DNA from: Phoronis australis
Taxonomy: Eukaryota > Animalia > Phoronida
Direction of reading: 5' to 3'
NCBI GenBank assembly: GCA_002633005.1
Contig: NMRA01000469.1
Coordinates: 284,262-348,261 of the forward strand
Length of the DNA: 64,000 bases
Part shown: in pieces, positions 38,903-52,018 of the stretch
How positions within the stretch are numbered: the first letter of the stretch is position 1
Layout of the letters: each line of letters starts with the position of its first letter
Notes under the pieces: generated by a model
The model's database searches: none
What the model saw: the letters and a program-made list of their open reading frames with translations, nothing else
What the model was told of the DNA's origin: nothing
Made by a program: the position numbers and the translations under genes

Positions 38903-39410
38903 AAACAAGAGCAACCCAAAATGTTCAAATGTGCTCGAAATAGCACCACAAATGGTGTGCTTCTATGGGCATTTTTAGTATCCAACCCATCCGAATTGAG
39001 AAGGGGGCGTAGTCTCTGTAAAATGCAAATATTTGCCAAATTTCATGAAAATAAGCCAAGGAACTCCTAAGATACAGAGGCAAACGTAAAAAACAGCTGC
39101 TACTAGGGGGCAGAGCTATAGTCCAATTGGTCTGAAACTGATCCATCGTCACCTGTTGCCATCCCTATAGAAGCCCATTGGCCAAATTTTGCAAAGATCT
39201 TTCAAAAGGTAAAAAAACATTTTGCCACTAGGGGGCACCGTGGTATCTAGATCAGTTCAATACTCGTTACCGTTTGTCAACGGCTCCATAGGAATACATC
39301 TTTCAAATTTCACAAAGCTCCTTCAAAGGGTTAAGGAGATACCTCTGCAGACGCAAAAAAATCACCACTAGGAGGTGACACAATAGTCCGACCCCACCGG
39401 AAGTCAATGT
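38903..39410 (+). mobile_element. Helentron/DINE-1-like non-autonomous element (5' end plus core repeats)
   Basis: aaacaagagcaac start; core repeats of about 130-140 bp containing gccaaatttcatgaaaat and CCACTAGGGGGC-like motifs. Confidence 0.65.
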
Positions 39411-39687
39411 AAAGAGGATTAACATAACTATGTTACAAAATAAAAACACGAAATATCAGTAAAATCGTTAGCTTCCATTTTGTGACATTTCTCCAACATT
39501 TCTTGCTCTGACTTTGACAATGATGTCAAAGTCACTTGCAGTTGCCCCACCTGTGGGGAACAACTGATATTGTGTGTTTGGTCATTCAAATATTTTCTGG
39601 CATAACATCATCTGCTCTAAACGGCCAATCATAAGTCAGAAGAGACTCTACATCCAATCACAAACAGGGAACAACTCTCAAACATAC

Positions 39688-39854
39688 TTTGCCATCCATG
39701 CATTGGTGTTGACATTGAATGCATTGATCACTTTCTGAAATGTATCTGCCGTTTCATATTTCCAGAACCTGATGTTAGCGCAGCCATTCCAAAGTGAGCG
39801 GCCAGTAGAGTCTACACCATTATAGGTCAGCCCAGCTATGGTGCACGCCCCTTC
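39688..39854 (-). CDS. LPCAT3: LPCAT3-like exon (EGACTIAGLTYNG...INAFNVNTNAWMAK)
   Basis: aag acceptor and gtatgt donor. FN.NTN.W motif with the conserved MBOAT Asn. Confidence 0.94.
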
Positions 39855-40482
39855 CTTGAAACACAATGAAAACAGATCACGAGTTATGGGGAAGATGACT
39901 TAATTTTAAACGAATTAGAAAATTGGAATCATATCATTAATTTTTTTCATAGACTAGTTGAGTGCAAATCAATGAACTGTACAAAAACAACATGACATGG
40001 CACGTTTTTCAAAAAAGCGAGCCTAACTTTATTGCACATGATCACTGACACAAAATTATAAAAAGTCACAGCCATTCCATCCACACAGCTTGGAATGACC
40101 GATTCAAAAAAGACAAAAAAGACAAAAATTTTCCAGGTGAATATTGTTCCACAAATAGAAAATTTAAGTGAAATAAAAAGTTTTTGCATGAATGAAGTCA
40201 AAATAATGATAAAAAAGATAGTAATAAAGTGAAAACTGGAAATCAAATAAAAGGAAATTGAAGCCAAAAAACGAGAAAATCCTCTTAAAAAAAGGAAAAT
40301 TCCAAGCCCTGCATGTAGCACTCTATTAATATCACTACGCTTGACTTGATGCAACAATCACACTTATCCAGGAAATTATTAAGTTTTATGTCGCCCTGCA
40401 GTCCTGGTGAACTCTGACAATACTACAGAGACAGACCAGAGGAATACTGTTGAACTTCCAATTAACTAACAAATTTCCATAC

Positions 40483-40569
40483 CGCAATAAGCCAGACTCC
40501 CACATATTTGTAGAGGGTAAACTTGCCCCACAACATCAGGTAGCCCAACTTCCACCAAAGAGGCTTCAT
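40483..40569 (-). CDS. LPCAT3: LPCAT3-like exon (MKPLWWKLGYLMLWGKFTLYKYVGVWLIA)
   Basis: tag acceptor and gtatgg donor. WGKF.LYKYV..WL motif. Confidence 0.92.
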
Positions 40570-40713
40570 CTAGACAGTTATAATAAAACAAATACATGTT
40601 CAGGAGAATCCAAGGACACGACCTCAGTAGCTTACAAAATCAAAATAAGAACAAACAATTTTAATTGTCTTAAAAGAAGACAAGAGTAAAATAATTAAGT
40701 GAAGATAATTATG

Positions 40714-42792
40714 AACTAGATGAACTTGGATATCATCAACAAATGTACAAAATATCAAAGTGATCTGTGTTCAATTGCGCGACTAATGTCAAATTAAAAA
40801 CATCAGGCCAAAAATGAAATATCAAAGTGAAGCTCGCTTATTTCAGTCTATGCTCAATGTGGCCTCCATCTTCCTCCACGACTAAATGGAGCCGCTTCTT
40901 CCAACCAGAAATGGTATTCCGTATTTCTTCCATCAAGATTTCCTCCCATGACATAATATCATATCTTTTAACTCCTGCTCAGTCAATTTGTCTCTCATTT
41001 CCTGGTAAACTTTCTCCTTCAGAGTCCCATATGGCATAGTCCATTGGATTGTAGTTAAAACTGAGCGGAGGCCACTCATTCTTTTTGATGAATTTTGGTG
41101 TGGCCTCCTTCAGATGAGCCTGGGTCAACTTGCTCATGTGCGAAGGAACCCCATCTTGGTGAAACACATAGTAATTGTTTCCAGGATAAAGTCGCCTAAA
41201 ATCCGGGAGATTCTCATCCAATAACTGCATGTAGCGATGACTGGTAAGTTTGGTTCTATGAGTGTCAATAAAATGAATATTTGTTTATCCTTCCCAAGAT
41301 ACTCCAGTGGAAACCATTACTTTTTTGAAAAANAACTAGATGAACTTGGATATCATCAACAAATGTACAAAATATCAAAGTGATCTGTGTTCAATTGCGC
41401 GACTAATGTCAAATTAAAAACATCAGGCCAAAAATGAAATATCAAAGTGAAGCTCGCTTATTTCAGTCTATGCTCAATGTGGCCTCCATCTTCCTCCACG
41501 ACTAAATGGAGCCGCTTCTTCCAACCAGAAATGGTATTCCGTATTTCTTCCATCAAGATTTCCTCCCATGACATAATATCATATCTTTTAACTCCTGCTC
41601 AGTCAATTTGCCTCTCATTTCCCAGTAAACATTCTCCTTCAGAGTCCCATATGGCATAGTACATTGGATTGCAGTTAAAACTGAGCGGAGGCCACTCATT
41701 CTTTTTGATGAATTTTGCTGTGGCCTCCTCCAGATGAGCCTGGGTCAACTTGCTCGTGTGCGAAGGAACCCCATCTTGGTGAAACACATAGTAATTGTTT
41801 CCAGGATAAAGTCGCCTAAAATCCGGGAGATTTTCATCCAATAACTGCATGTAGCGATGACTGGTAAGTTTGGTTCTATGAGTGTCAATAAAATGAATAT
41901 TTGTTTATCCTTCCCAAGATACTCCAGTGGAAACCATTACTTTTTTGAAAAATCTAGCAGTCCCATGATAGGCTGAATTTTTTGTTTTTGTTTCCCACTA
42001 ACACGAACAATTCGGCAATTTTTAGCGCAAAGTCTTTTTCATCCGTGAAAATGATTCTTTTCACATCAGTGGCAAGTAGCAGCATCGGGTTTTTCCTTTC
42101 CTTCTAACATTTTGATCTCTCCAAGATACCCACATTCTGTTGAAGGGTTCTAACTCCAGGTTTTTCGCCATTCTTTGCACAGAAGAATTGCTCACTTGTA
42201 AATCCCTTGCGACTTTTCTCAAGAGATTTGTGATTCCCCGGGTTGTCCTTCTGGGATTGAACCAGTTGCTCAACACGATCCTAGTTTTGTTTCGAACATG
42301 CAGTCTTGGATCTCCCACTGCCACTTTTACGTGCAAGAGACCCTGTGTTGTGAATTTTAGCAATCAGTCTATTTACACCCTTTTCCTGGGAACTCCCGTA
42401 CAATTCTTCTCCCGCTCCACCCTTTTTCCTTGAAACAGTTTTCAATCTTCAATTTATCACTTTCACTCAAAGGCATCCTTACAAACTAGAATACTGGACA
42501 GAACTGATTTGGATACAGATTTGACAATAAAAAACAGAAGACTTGAGACCCAGGCAGGCAGTTTTTGACTGACAGATGCCAGCACAGTATGTGCATGATG
42601 AGAGTCACAGTAATATTGCATTTTTCACCCCGCTGTTTTGAATTTCACAATACTTCCATAATTTCTATGAGATAATTTGTACACTTGTTAACAACCTGAA
42701 GATACATTTTGAAAAATTTGAGCGAATTCGGTTGGTCAACTGCTGAGAAATTACTTGACGTCAAAAAGTGGCTCACATTTTTGGGACACCTG
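40714..42792 (-). mobile_element. Decayed maT (DD37D, Tc1/mariner superfamily) transposon in an LPCAT3 intron
   Basis: Pseudo-ORF from ATG 42476 (MPLSESDKLKIENCFKEKGWSGRRIVREFPGKG), then FTDEK, QDG and NPMDYAIW with 37 residues between the last two Asp. TIR-like caggtgtcccaaaa at 42792. Confidence 0.85.
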
Positions 42793-43013
42793 ACATAACT
42801 GATAATATCATAGCGATGAAAGGTGTTTCGCTAGTGAGCTATGCATCTTGCTCGCACATGCCAGCAAAATGTCCGACACTGAAAAGATTGATTGGCGAGA
42901 CTGGAATGTTGTATTATGGAAGTAAGCGGAGAGTTGTAACTTCTTGACCCTATTTTTTCTGTTTTAAGGAAATATCACAAAATGTTGGAGAGGCCGAGTC
43001 CTCTCATACCCAC

Positions 43014-43122
43014 CCTGTATTCGTCCTCTACTAAAAACCCAGTGGGTAGCCATATCTCTGATACTTGAAAAGCAGCAATACAAAGTGCACCCAACAGTGC
43101 CCTCTGTAGACCAATCCAAACA
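43014..43122 (-). CDS. LPCAT3: LPCAT3-like exon (VWIGLQRALLGALCIAAFQVSEIWLPTGFLVEDEYR)
   Basis: ttcag acceptor, gtgggt donor, 109 nt that restores the frame between flanking exons. L.R..LG TM segment. Confidence 0.82.
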
Positions 43123-43402
43123 CTGAAATGAAATCAAGCAAACATTAATATTACATTAATGTGTGGATAAACAGTTGTGAGAAGTTGCTTTACATCAGAC
43201 CACTGCCTTTTCATAAGAAACAAAACTATTATATTCTGTTCACGTTCATCAAATAAATGCAAGTAGACCCTCAGAGAAAAAAAGACATAAAACGTAGCAA
43301 TTAGTTCTTTGGGTCCATTTATTTTATGGTGCGCATTTGAAAATGAAAGTTGGTTATTTAAAACATTCAAAGTATTTATGGATTCTGTTATCATGAATCA
43401 CT

Positions 43403-43561
43403 TAAGGTTTAAGGAACTTATCAGTCAGTTCGAAGCCGGAGGTTAGGGCCACCGACAGCGGACGGTTGCCGGACGGACGCCGCCCGCACGGACGGACGGA
43501 TGGACGGACGAACAGAGATGACAGCATAATGCGTCCACATATAAATATGTGGGCACATAAA
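43403..43561 (+). mobile_element. 3' end of a Helentron/DINE-1-like element
   Basis: (GGAC)n microsatellite, then terminal stem-loop ccacatat-aa-atatgtgg. gtgggcacat is nearly complementary to the 5' atgcgcccac of other copies. Confidence 0.7.
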
Positions 43562-43754
43562 GTCATTCTTAAAGGTTCCAAAGGTTGTAAAGCTTCGATT
43601 CTTCTTCAAAACGCTATTAAAATGGATACAGAAAGATGTTAAAATCTGGTTGATTGAAAGTAGAAGGAACTAAATACAAAACACGCAACAGACTTTTAGG
43701 CCTTTACGATACAACTCAAGACAATGAAGTGCAGATAAAATCTCCACTACAAAC

Positions 43755-43822
43755 CCGTTTGGCTTTTCATCAGCTTTAGTAAATGACCCGTTGATAAAAT
43801 CCAGATATCTTCTCATAGAAAA
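43755..43822 (-). CDS. LPCAT3: LPCAT3-like exon (FSMRRYLDFINGSFTKADEKPNG)
   Basis: ttcag acceptor, gtttg donor, 68 nt ending in phase 2. Continues GPQ|FSM..Y. Confidence 0.85.
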
Positions 43823-45259
43823 CTGAAACAAAACAGTTGGACACTGCAGTAAATCACCAAATGGGTGCTTAGACAACATTACTTTTCTAGTGGTTGGAAA
43901 CAATGACTACAGGGGCCATATTTTGCACAACTTTGTAGCCAAGGACCACAGAAAAAATAACATGTCAGCAGTGTTCAGCAATTCAGATTTTTTGTTTTCG
44001 TCAGTTTAAAAAACATCAAGAGTTGCATTTTTTACTACCAATTTTTCTAAAGTAAATTTCCGTTTTGGTGATTTTATTTTTCTACAAACAGAAATTCAAA
44101 AATCAACCTACATAAACAGTAAAAATCCCGGCAATTTTCAAAGAATGATGCCATGTTGCATGAACATCACTAAATTTGTTCTTGACAAATTTGATTTGAT
44201 AAATCATACAATTTTCATATCTATCATTGATATTTTCAAATGTGAACCATGAGAGTGAACTGACATTTTTCAAATCACTGGTACCAAGTGATTTCGCGGT
44301 GACCAGCTTAAAATGAAAACACTATTTTTCTGCAAAATTTTAATCACAAGCATCCGTAAACATCATAGAAAATTGAATAAAAGATTCTTTGGTCTGTTCA
44401 AAAATTTGCTTTCATTGGTTCAACTTTGTATTCTCCAGTATATTTGTTGCAACTGACATTACTATGTGCCTCAGGATACATTCTCCAAGCATTCAAGGCA
44501 AAATGGTTTGCCTACACATATCACGAATACGTGGTCTAACAAGATCTTGCTGCATCAGACATTGCATTGCCAATGAGTGAGTGCGCCATCCACAAAGAAT
44601 TGTGTCGCTTGACAAAAGGCAGTGAGCCTCAGGTCCAGTATCATACGCAACTTAGTTGCCGTGAGTTTCACAACACTCAAAAAACAGAAATTGTCCATGT
44701 GCCCAACACACATGGTTTGTCAACTTAAGGTCAAAGATCGTACATAACTGTTAGGCGGGCCATATTTTTCTGCCCTTGCACTACAATTTGATTTCAGATT
44801 CAAGACTTGATGGACAAGGTTTAGTGCTTACAGTAGACATTAGCAATAAGTAATGTATTGAGGAAAATACACGTAGAACGAACTGGAAACTCACATGCTA
44901 AAGGCACGTACCTGTTCAAGAGATACCCAGCTATGAGTGAAGAATGAGTGCGCAAAACACCAGAAAAGTAACTTTTTGAAAAAGTACCTAATTAGGAATT
45001 TAGGCAAATGATCCTAAAGGTGTACACTATCTTCACTTGCGTATTTGTTTCACTGAAAGGTTTTCCATGCAAACATGTACCAAAGTTTAGATACAGGCGC
45101 AGCTGCACATAATAAGCATATTATCCTCAATCCATGCACATTTGGCAACTGTTTTTATTGGAAAACAATACACTGTAACTAGCAATGTAGAATGTAAAAG
45201 CAAGACTCTTGTGTTCAACTTCAAATGCTAAAAAGAGAGTAACAAAGAATTTCATTTAC

Positions 45260-45367
45260 CTGAGGTCCAGCCAAGAAGCTGCCAAAGAAGTAAGTGAAGC
45301 CACAGATTTCAAGGAAGGAAGGTATCCTGGTCAAGGCCGATTCTTTTTGACTTTCAGACAGATCGTC
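45260..45367 (-). CDS. LPCAT3: LPCAT3-like exon (DDLSESQKESALTRIPSFLEICGFTYFFGSFLAGPQ)
   Basis: tacag acceptor and gtaaat donor. PS.LE..GF.YF.G.FL.GPQ MBOAT motif. Confidence 0.93.
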
Positions 45368-45796
45368 CTGTAAGTAATACGCATTTCAAAATGGGATACC
45401 TGCTTCACTGAAGCAAAGTGTATTTTATCGAACTGTTTAATTTTCTGTACCTACCTAGTAAGTACCAAAAAGTTTCGTTAGGAATCAGACACGCCAGGAC
45501 AGGGCTTCTGACTTATCAATAACACTGTGAATTCCTCGTCTCTATGCCCGCACATAGAACTAAAGAAACATTTGAACCTGCTTAGACCTGATGAAACTTC
45601 CATTTAATATATCATTTATTGTATTCTTGCTCAACATCAATCAGTTGGATCGGCGTTAGCTGACATTAGCACACTATTTATTCATACATTCCATGCAGAC
45701 TTCTACTACGACTACGATAACTAAACTGGTTTCCATCTTGAACACAAAATAAAATCAATAAAATTTACTGTTTCTCCACCCATTTTATCAGTATTT

Positions 45797-45844
45797 CCTG
45801 ATGCACCACCTGATGCACCACTTGATGCACCACCTGATGCACCA
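45797..45844. repeat. 12-bp unit x4
   Basis: cctgatgcacca in tandem. Confidence 0.9.
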
Positions 45845-46457
45845 CCATTTTAGAACACTAGTATCAAGGCCGTTGTCTGGTTCCCAACAATATTTTATTG
45901 CTGTACATTGCCCAACAACCAAGCAGTGCCAAATATCGGTCACTAAGCAAACAGGACAGAAAGCAGATTAACTGATTCTGTTCAACAAGGGGAAAAGTTC
46001 AATATCCAGTTTTAAAATATTGTCTATCCCATTTGATCCACAAACAGTTGTAACTTGCGTTCAGCATATTCCTTTTTATAGCAATTTTTGTATGGCAGTG
46101 AAGTTTTTCCAGCAGAATTAGGCATGTGGCGGTCAAGATTACGAGTGGTAGAGTAAAAAAGGATCAAAGCGGAACGCTTAGATTTTTACACGCAGGGGAA
46201 GCACTACATTATACTACTCAAAGTGAAGAAACAATTCAGTTCGCCAGTAACACCTGCAAAATGTGTTTGAACTCTAGTAGTAACTAGGATTTTTGTACTC
46301 CTACAAAATGGCAGCCAGCACATGTGCTAGTCTTCACCTGGTTGAAGTTCGTTGGGTAACTTCAATTTATTTGTGAACTTTAGCTGGCAAGAGACTGATG
46401 CTAAAGAGTGGAGAGCATTAGTCGCACACAATTACAGTATGTGGGATACATAGCTAC

Positions 46458-46601
46458 CTTCTTCTTTGTGCCATCATATATGTCAAACACAAGTCCCGTC
46501 AATCGTAAGGTGATAACACAGTGGGGGGTGGCCCACGTTATGGCATAAATCAGTCCATCCTTGTAGAAGATCATAGTGTAGTAACCATACAGCAGATGAA
46601 C
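46458..46601 (-). CDS. LPCAT3: LPCAT3-like exon (VHLLYGYYTMIFYKDGLIYAITWATPHCVITLRLTGLVFDIYDGTKKK)
   Basis: ttcag acceptor and gtagc donor. W..PHCV.TL.L.GL..D..DG motif. Confidence 0.92.
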
Positions 46602-47178
46602 CTGAAAGAAACAAAAACAATGTAAACCGTTGAACTGTGCCCACGACTGCACTGGCATGCTTGTAAGTGCTTTCAATAGTATCATAAAATGGTCAACAGG
46701 TGGAGCAACACATGCTGAAACATTCCAAAAACAAGAAGGCCTTGCCGAGTTCCCAACCTATTTGCCAAATTTCATGAAAATCCGTCGATGAAATCCAAAA
46801 GCAGAGGCAAACATAAAAAATAGATTGGTCGGAAGGTATTTTTGTCTCCTTAATTATATTGAATGTTATATCTCTGTTTTACCTGTCTCATTCTCAATTG
46901 CTTTTTGTATTTCTCTGCTATTTTGAGTATATTTTCTATCTCCTTTTTTATTTAACACTTACTACTTACTCATAGTGAGACCATTTTGACTGACCACGTT
47001 TCCAGTGTATATCATACCCCTGTAATTTTCTTGTATACATTGCATTTATCTATGGTTATTCTTAGTCTTATTCAGTCACAATATCCCTTGTGTGCAACTT
47101 ATCTTCACATTTGGGTCAGTAGCTTCCTTGACCCACATAGGCTCTATTTTTCCATCATACGAGAATCAATTGAACATA

Positions 47179-48442
47179 CCGTACTTGTCCGGATTACGGC
47201 CCATGCTTGGCTTACCGCCAACCCCGAAAATTTCAATTTTTCATTTTTAAGCACCCATGCTCGGCTTACCGCCCACCCCCAATTTTTCATGATCAAGACT
47301 TCCGTAAAAGTATCTGTGCTTCTGTTAATGTTCGTTGCACAAAACTGAGATTCCAAAACGTGCACAACTCGCTTACCTTTCTGTGACAATCAATCAGTTT
47401 TAGCGGAACCGAGACCTTGCCTTGTTATGGCGGTAAAATACCCGTATTCTCATGCCCTTTACTGATGGAGACACAATTGTTTCGTTTGGCTAACGCGCGG
47501 AACTCGCATGTACTGATCGCTGAGCCAGCGCTTCTCGAATGTATTTCATTTGCTGCAGAAGAACCAACAAAGCAGTACTTAACAGGGATATCACGTCCGT
47601 GGCCAACCTTTCTGGGATTTCCCGGGACAGTACACGAAACATAAATACCATGAGCATTGAAATAAGAAAAGACATGGTTCGTTGTGTCGCTGTTCCCGTC
47701 TTGGTTAAACGCATGTTTTTAATGACTTTCACTCCTGACACCAAAATGGAAGCTCCCAACCAAAAGGCAAGAGCGCAAAAAATCAACTTGTCATTAGCGA
47801 AAGTTGAAACTTCTGTCCACATTCCATGTGGTCAAAAAACATATATTTTTTTGATCTTTTGATTTGCACAACAGCGGTGTTGGCTTTGAAGTCAAAAAGA
47901 AATGTACAATGTATATAAAATAGTACACTGTTCAAAGTATTCAATAAGAAGACCTGTCAATCATTAAAAACTGCTTGGTTGCCTAAGTGTCCAGCAGGAA
48001 TCAACTCTTTATACAATCAAGTGTTTCCCTTAAAAATACACCGCGAGCTAGCAGAGTCTTGTTTGATCTGTCTTTTCTCTCAAGAAACTCGCCCTACTGA
48101 ACGCACGCATACCTGTAGGAATACTTTAGTTCTAAGAAATGACCTGCAGCGACCGAGGTACGGAAAAACCCAATCACGTTCAGGATCACGACACCACTGG
48201 ATCGTGTGCGCAGGCCGTCGAAATCAATTACTTCAATCCCCCGACCTATATTTTTAACTGATATGCTAAAAGTCCGGCGTCAGTATAGCTCCGTCAGGAT
48301 AAAATCGGCACTAAGTGCAATAAGCAACAACTCCCGACTTTTCAAAAATTTCGATTTTAACCGCCCATGCTTGGCTTACCGCCTAACCTGTTTTTTAGAT
48401 TCCCAATTTAAGCGCCCTGGACAGTAACGCGGACGAGTACAG
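47179..48442. mobile_element. pogo/Tigger-like non-autonomous element
   Basis: TA|CCGTACTTGTCCG ... CGGACGAGTACAG|TA with subterminal ccatgct(c/t)ggcttaccgcc repeats. Confidence 0.8.
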
Positions 48443-48772
48443 TAAAGCATTTCTCAAATTTACTGAAACACTGTCAAGAAACTCTGAAGATACAAAGACA
48501 AATAGGCTTGTTGGCTTCCTACTGCATGTTACAGTCACACTCTCTGCTTGTATGCCCCTCTACCTGCTGTCACTGTTTTATTTCACTGTTTATTTTGCTT
48601 CCACCACGTTAATTTTACCAAGTGCCTGAGGATGAGACATGTGCTCTAGAAAAATAGCTCAATTTTAACCCAATTATTTGCACTGTCTATTGCCAATATG
48701 CTTTACAACTGCACATAAGAAATTGAGCAGAGTATTAGCGAGTGTACATCAAGGTATCCAATAAAAACATCA

Positions 48773-49382
48773 GACAAGAACAACGCAGAGCACTGAAATG
48801 CGCCCACGAATGAACTGCAAATGGTGTGCATCTGGGGCTGTTTATTTGTATCATAAAAATGGTAATTAAATGGTCTGAGGACAACAAAAAAATTGCCATT
48901 AGAGGAGCAGGGGAAGAGTGGTAGTTGGTTCTATTTAAATGTCGTTGTCCACTTCATATAAATACACTAGCCAAACTCAATAAAGTGCCTGCAGAGTTGT
49001 TTGTCAGACAGAGGGGCAGATGCCAAAAACAGACTAGAAAACAGGAAAAATGGCCAAAAAACATACTCGAAAACAGTAAAAGTGGCCACTAGGCGGCACA
49101 AAATACCTCAAATCTACACGAAAACAGGAGGGTAGTGTCATATCACTAACAGATGCCTATGTGCCAAATTTCATGAAAATCCGCTGAGGATCTTTGAAGA
49201 TACAGAGGTAAAAGTAAAACTGCCTTTAGGGGGCACACCAGTAGTAAGGTAAGTCCAAAATTCATTGTTATTCGTCACCAGCTTCATAAGAACACATCTG
49301 CTGAATCTCATCAAGATCCTGTGGGGGTTTAGGAGATACAGCTGCGGACACCGCCCAGACCCATAGACAGAGATGACAGCAA
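48773..49382 (+). mobile_element. Helentron/DINE-1-like element copy
   Basis: Same 5' end as 38903 and 50386, same core repeats, and ends in acagagatgacagca as the 43403-43561 copy does. Confidence 0.7.
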
Positions 49383-49449
49383 TTGAAACTTGTATAAAAG
49401 TTTAAACTAAACAGTTTTCAACATTTACTACAAAGGGAATAAAACATAC

Positions 49450-49510
49450 AGCAGCAGCAGCAGCTGCAGTAGCAACACCTGCAGTAGTAGCAGCTGCAGC
49501 AGCAGCTGCA
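49450..49510. repeat. Degenerate (CAG)n microsatellite
   Basis: cagcagcagcagcagctgcagtagca... Confidence 0.8.
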
Positions 49511-49519
49511 AGTACTTAC

Positions 49520-49626
49520 CATATTAATGACAAATGCTGCCGCTACACTTTCCTTGGTGGCTCCCAACGTCAACAGAAGTAAGTAAATTATGATTATGTT
49601 GGCCAACGAATGAACAGCATCAGAAC
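49520..49626 (-). CDS. LPCAT3: LPCAT3-like exon (SDAVHSLANIIIIYLLLLTLGATKESVAAAFVINM)
   Basis: cag acceptor, gtaagt donor, phase consistent with neighbours, hydrophobic TM segment. Confidence 0.88.
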
Positions 49627-50745
49627 CTGACAAGATGCACAAAACTAAACAGAACACAACCAAAACTTGCTATGACATTTCACACGACATAAAAACAAGA
49701 AGCAAGTGACCCCAAGACTACGACAACACAAATACTTATAATAAAGGCGAAATTCTTTTCTGTGTCCAGACTGCAATAATTCACCCCCCTTCCCACCGTC
49801 AAAGAATAATGTTTGATTTAAGCTCAGACATTCCGTTAATGACCTTTGGGTGACAGGGTCCTTCGCTGTGTAAGTTAAATGACTAGAAATTAATTGATTG
49901 ATTCACCAAGAAATGTGCAATAGTATATACCGTAGTAACAACAAGGAGTATATGGGACCAGCACATTCAATAGGTAACATGTGGAAGATCAGAGGACATT
50001 AAAAGTGAACGTATAATAGTTCAATCATTGTCATTGTCATCAAACGTTAACAGAATCCAATGGAGGATGAATGCTACAACTACTACTACATTGATACAAA
50101 ACATGGTCAACAAACTTAAAACTATAATAATATTTTACATTACAGCTTGGAAGGAATTGGGGGACAACATTCAAATTTCCTTGAGATAAACTCTTCAAAC
50201 AAATGCAGTGATGAGTCTACAAGTGTAAACATCTAGCTGTACTGAGACAAGATAAGCTGAGATTCCACATCAAAACTTTGATGAGCAGCAATGGCTATGA
50301 CAGTGACACCCTCTTACAGTAGATACAGTTTAACACTAAAGTTCTTTTATAACATCATTTTTTGACAAAATTGTCTCCAAAGAATAAACAAGAGCAACGC
50401 AGAGCGTTGAAATGCGCCCACAATTGCACGCAAACGGTATCCTTCTGGGGTTGTTTATTGGTACCATGAAGTGGCCAGTAGAGGGCATATATGTAGTATG
50501 TTGTACTTAGCAAAATGGAAAGGCATGGTCATTGTCTCCTCAATAGGCAAGGGGCAAAATGTGAGTTATCTTCATAATACAAGCACATCCTATACACCAG
50601 TTGCTTAAAGCACCACAGAAACATAGAATTAAAAACAAATTTACCAACATACGAGATTAGCACAGCATTAGAATGCCAGAAACAAATTTCTACTTGGAAC
50701 TTTTCCTTCATAGTCACGAAGTAACACAAAGTATACACCTGAAGA

Positions 50746-51132
50746 NNNNNNNNNNNNNNNNNNNNNNNNNNNNNNNNNNNNNNNNNNNNNNNNNNNNNNN
50801 NNNNNNNNNNNNNNNNNNNNNNNNNNNNNNNNNNNNNNNNNNNNNNNNNNNNNNNNNNNNNNNNNNNNNNNNNNNNNNNNNNNNNNNNNNNNNNNNNNNN
50901 NNNNNNNNNNNNNNNNNNNNNNNNNNNNNNNNNNNNNNNNNNNNNNNNNNNNNNNNNNNNNNNNNNNNNNNNNNNNNNNNNNNNNNNNNNNNNNNNNNNN
51001 NNNNNNNNNNNNNNNNNNNNNNNNNNNNNNNNNNNNNNNNNNNNNNNNNNNNNNNNNNNNNNNNNNNNNNNNNNNNNNNNNNNNNNNNNNNNNNNNNNNN
51101 NNNNNNNNNNNNNNNNNNNNNNNNNNNNNNNN
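50746..51132. other. Assembly gap
   Basis: Run of N. Confidence 1.
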
Positions 51133-51678
51133 TGCAACACTAAACTGGTGTTAACACATATAAGAAAATTGATGATTTTTAAATAAAAAGTATGAGGAGT
51201 AAGATAAACAAGTTCCAATATTCACTTGACATAGAAGTATAAAAGAGTTCGTGGAGACAGTTTGAGATTCATAGATCCTTGTAATTGAAAAAATGTTCAT
51301 TGAAATTATAGACACATAGTGAACAGAGACACCTAGTGGCTGCCAAAAGTATTGCTCACAGGCAACTTTAGTTGTTGACAATATTGGACAAGACAACTAG
51401 TTCTTGTCTGTCAATCATCTAAATTCTTAACAGGTCCTCCTGGAGGCAATTTGTTTGCAAGTGTTGGCTTTTATATTTTAACCTATTAAAAATAATTTAA
51501 AAATTATGGGACATGGGTTGGAGAAATAAATGAAAAATATGGGCGGTGGATACGAAATAAAAGTGCCTCCCCCCTCCCATACAAATTTTGCTGGAACAGC
51601 CCTAAGTAAATGAGGGCATATGAAATACTTCAAAGAAGAAATATATCCTTTAAAATCAAAATGAAATAAACTGATTAA

Positions 51679-51888
51679 AGGTGAAGGCAACCTTTTTTCA
51701 TGCCTTTTTTAGCAAAAATAAGGCGCAAAAAAATTGGCGCGAAATTCTTGCCTCCCGAAACGTCACTTCCGGAGAAGAGAACGATTAATTAAATTACAAA
51801 AAGCTGCAATTAAGTTGAAAATATGTCTGGGATAACCAACGAACCTTATTTTTTGCTAAAAATGACATGAAAAAGGTTGCCTTCGCCT
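51679..51888. mobile_element. Kolobok-type MITE
   Basis: TTAA|AGGTGAAGGCAACCTTTTTTCATG ... CATGAAAAAGGTTGCCTTCGCCT|TTAA. Confidence 0.85.
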
Positions 51889-51910
51889 TTAATATTTCTA
51901 CCAAACTCAC

Positions 51911-52018
51911 CAAAATTGAAATAAGCAATGAACAGACCGCACACAGAAAGAAATAAGTTTTGCAGGTTTGTGTTCCTTCCATAGAAAAGGCTGCGGTGAA
52001 TAAGACCAAGTGGAAGAC
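51911..52018 (-). CDS. LPCAT3: LPCAT3/MBOAT5-like acyltransferase, first recognisable exon (GLPLGLIHRSLFYGRNTNLQNLFLSVCGLFIAYFNFG)
   Basis: cag acceptor, gtgag donor, phase 1-1. GL.IAYFNFG motif of the LPCAT3 N-terminal region. Confidence 0.88.

Noticed and set aside
40714-41952. 620-bp tandem duplication of the maT 3' region
   Set aside because: Near-identical copies abut a single N (41333); probably unmerged haplotypes.
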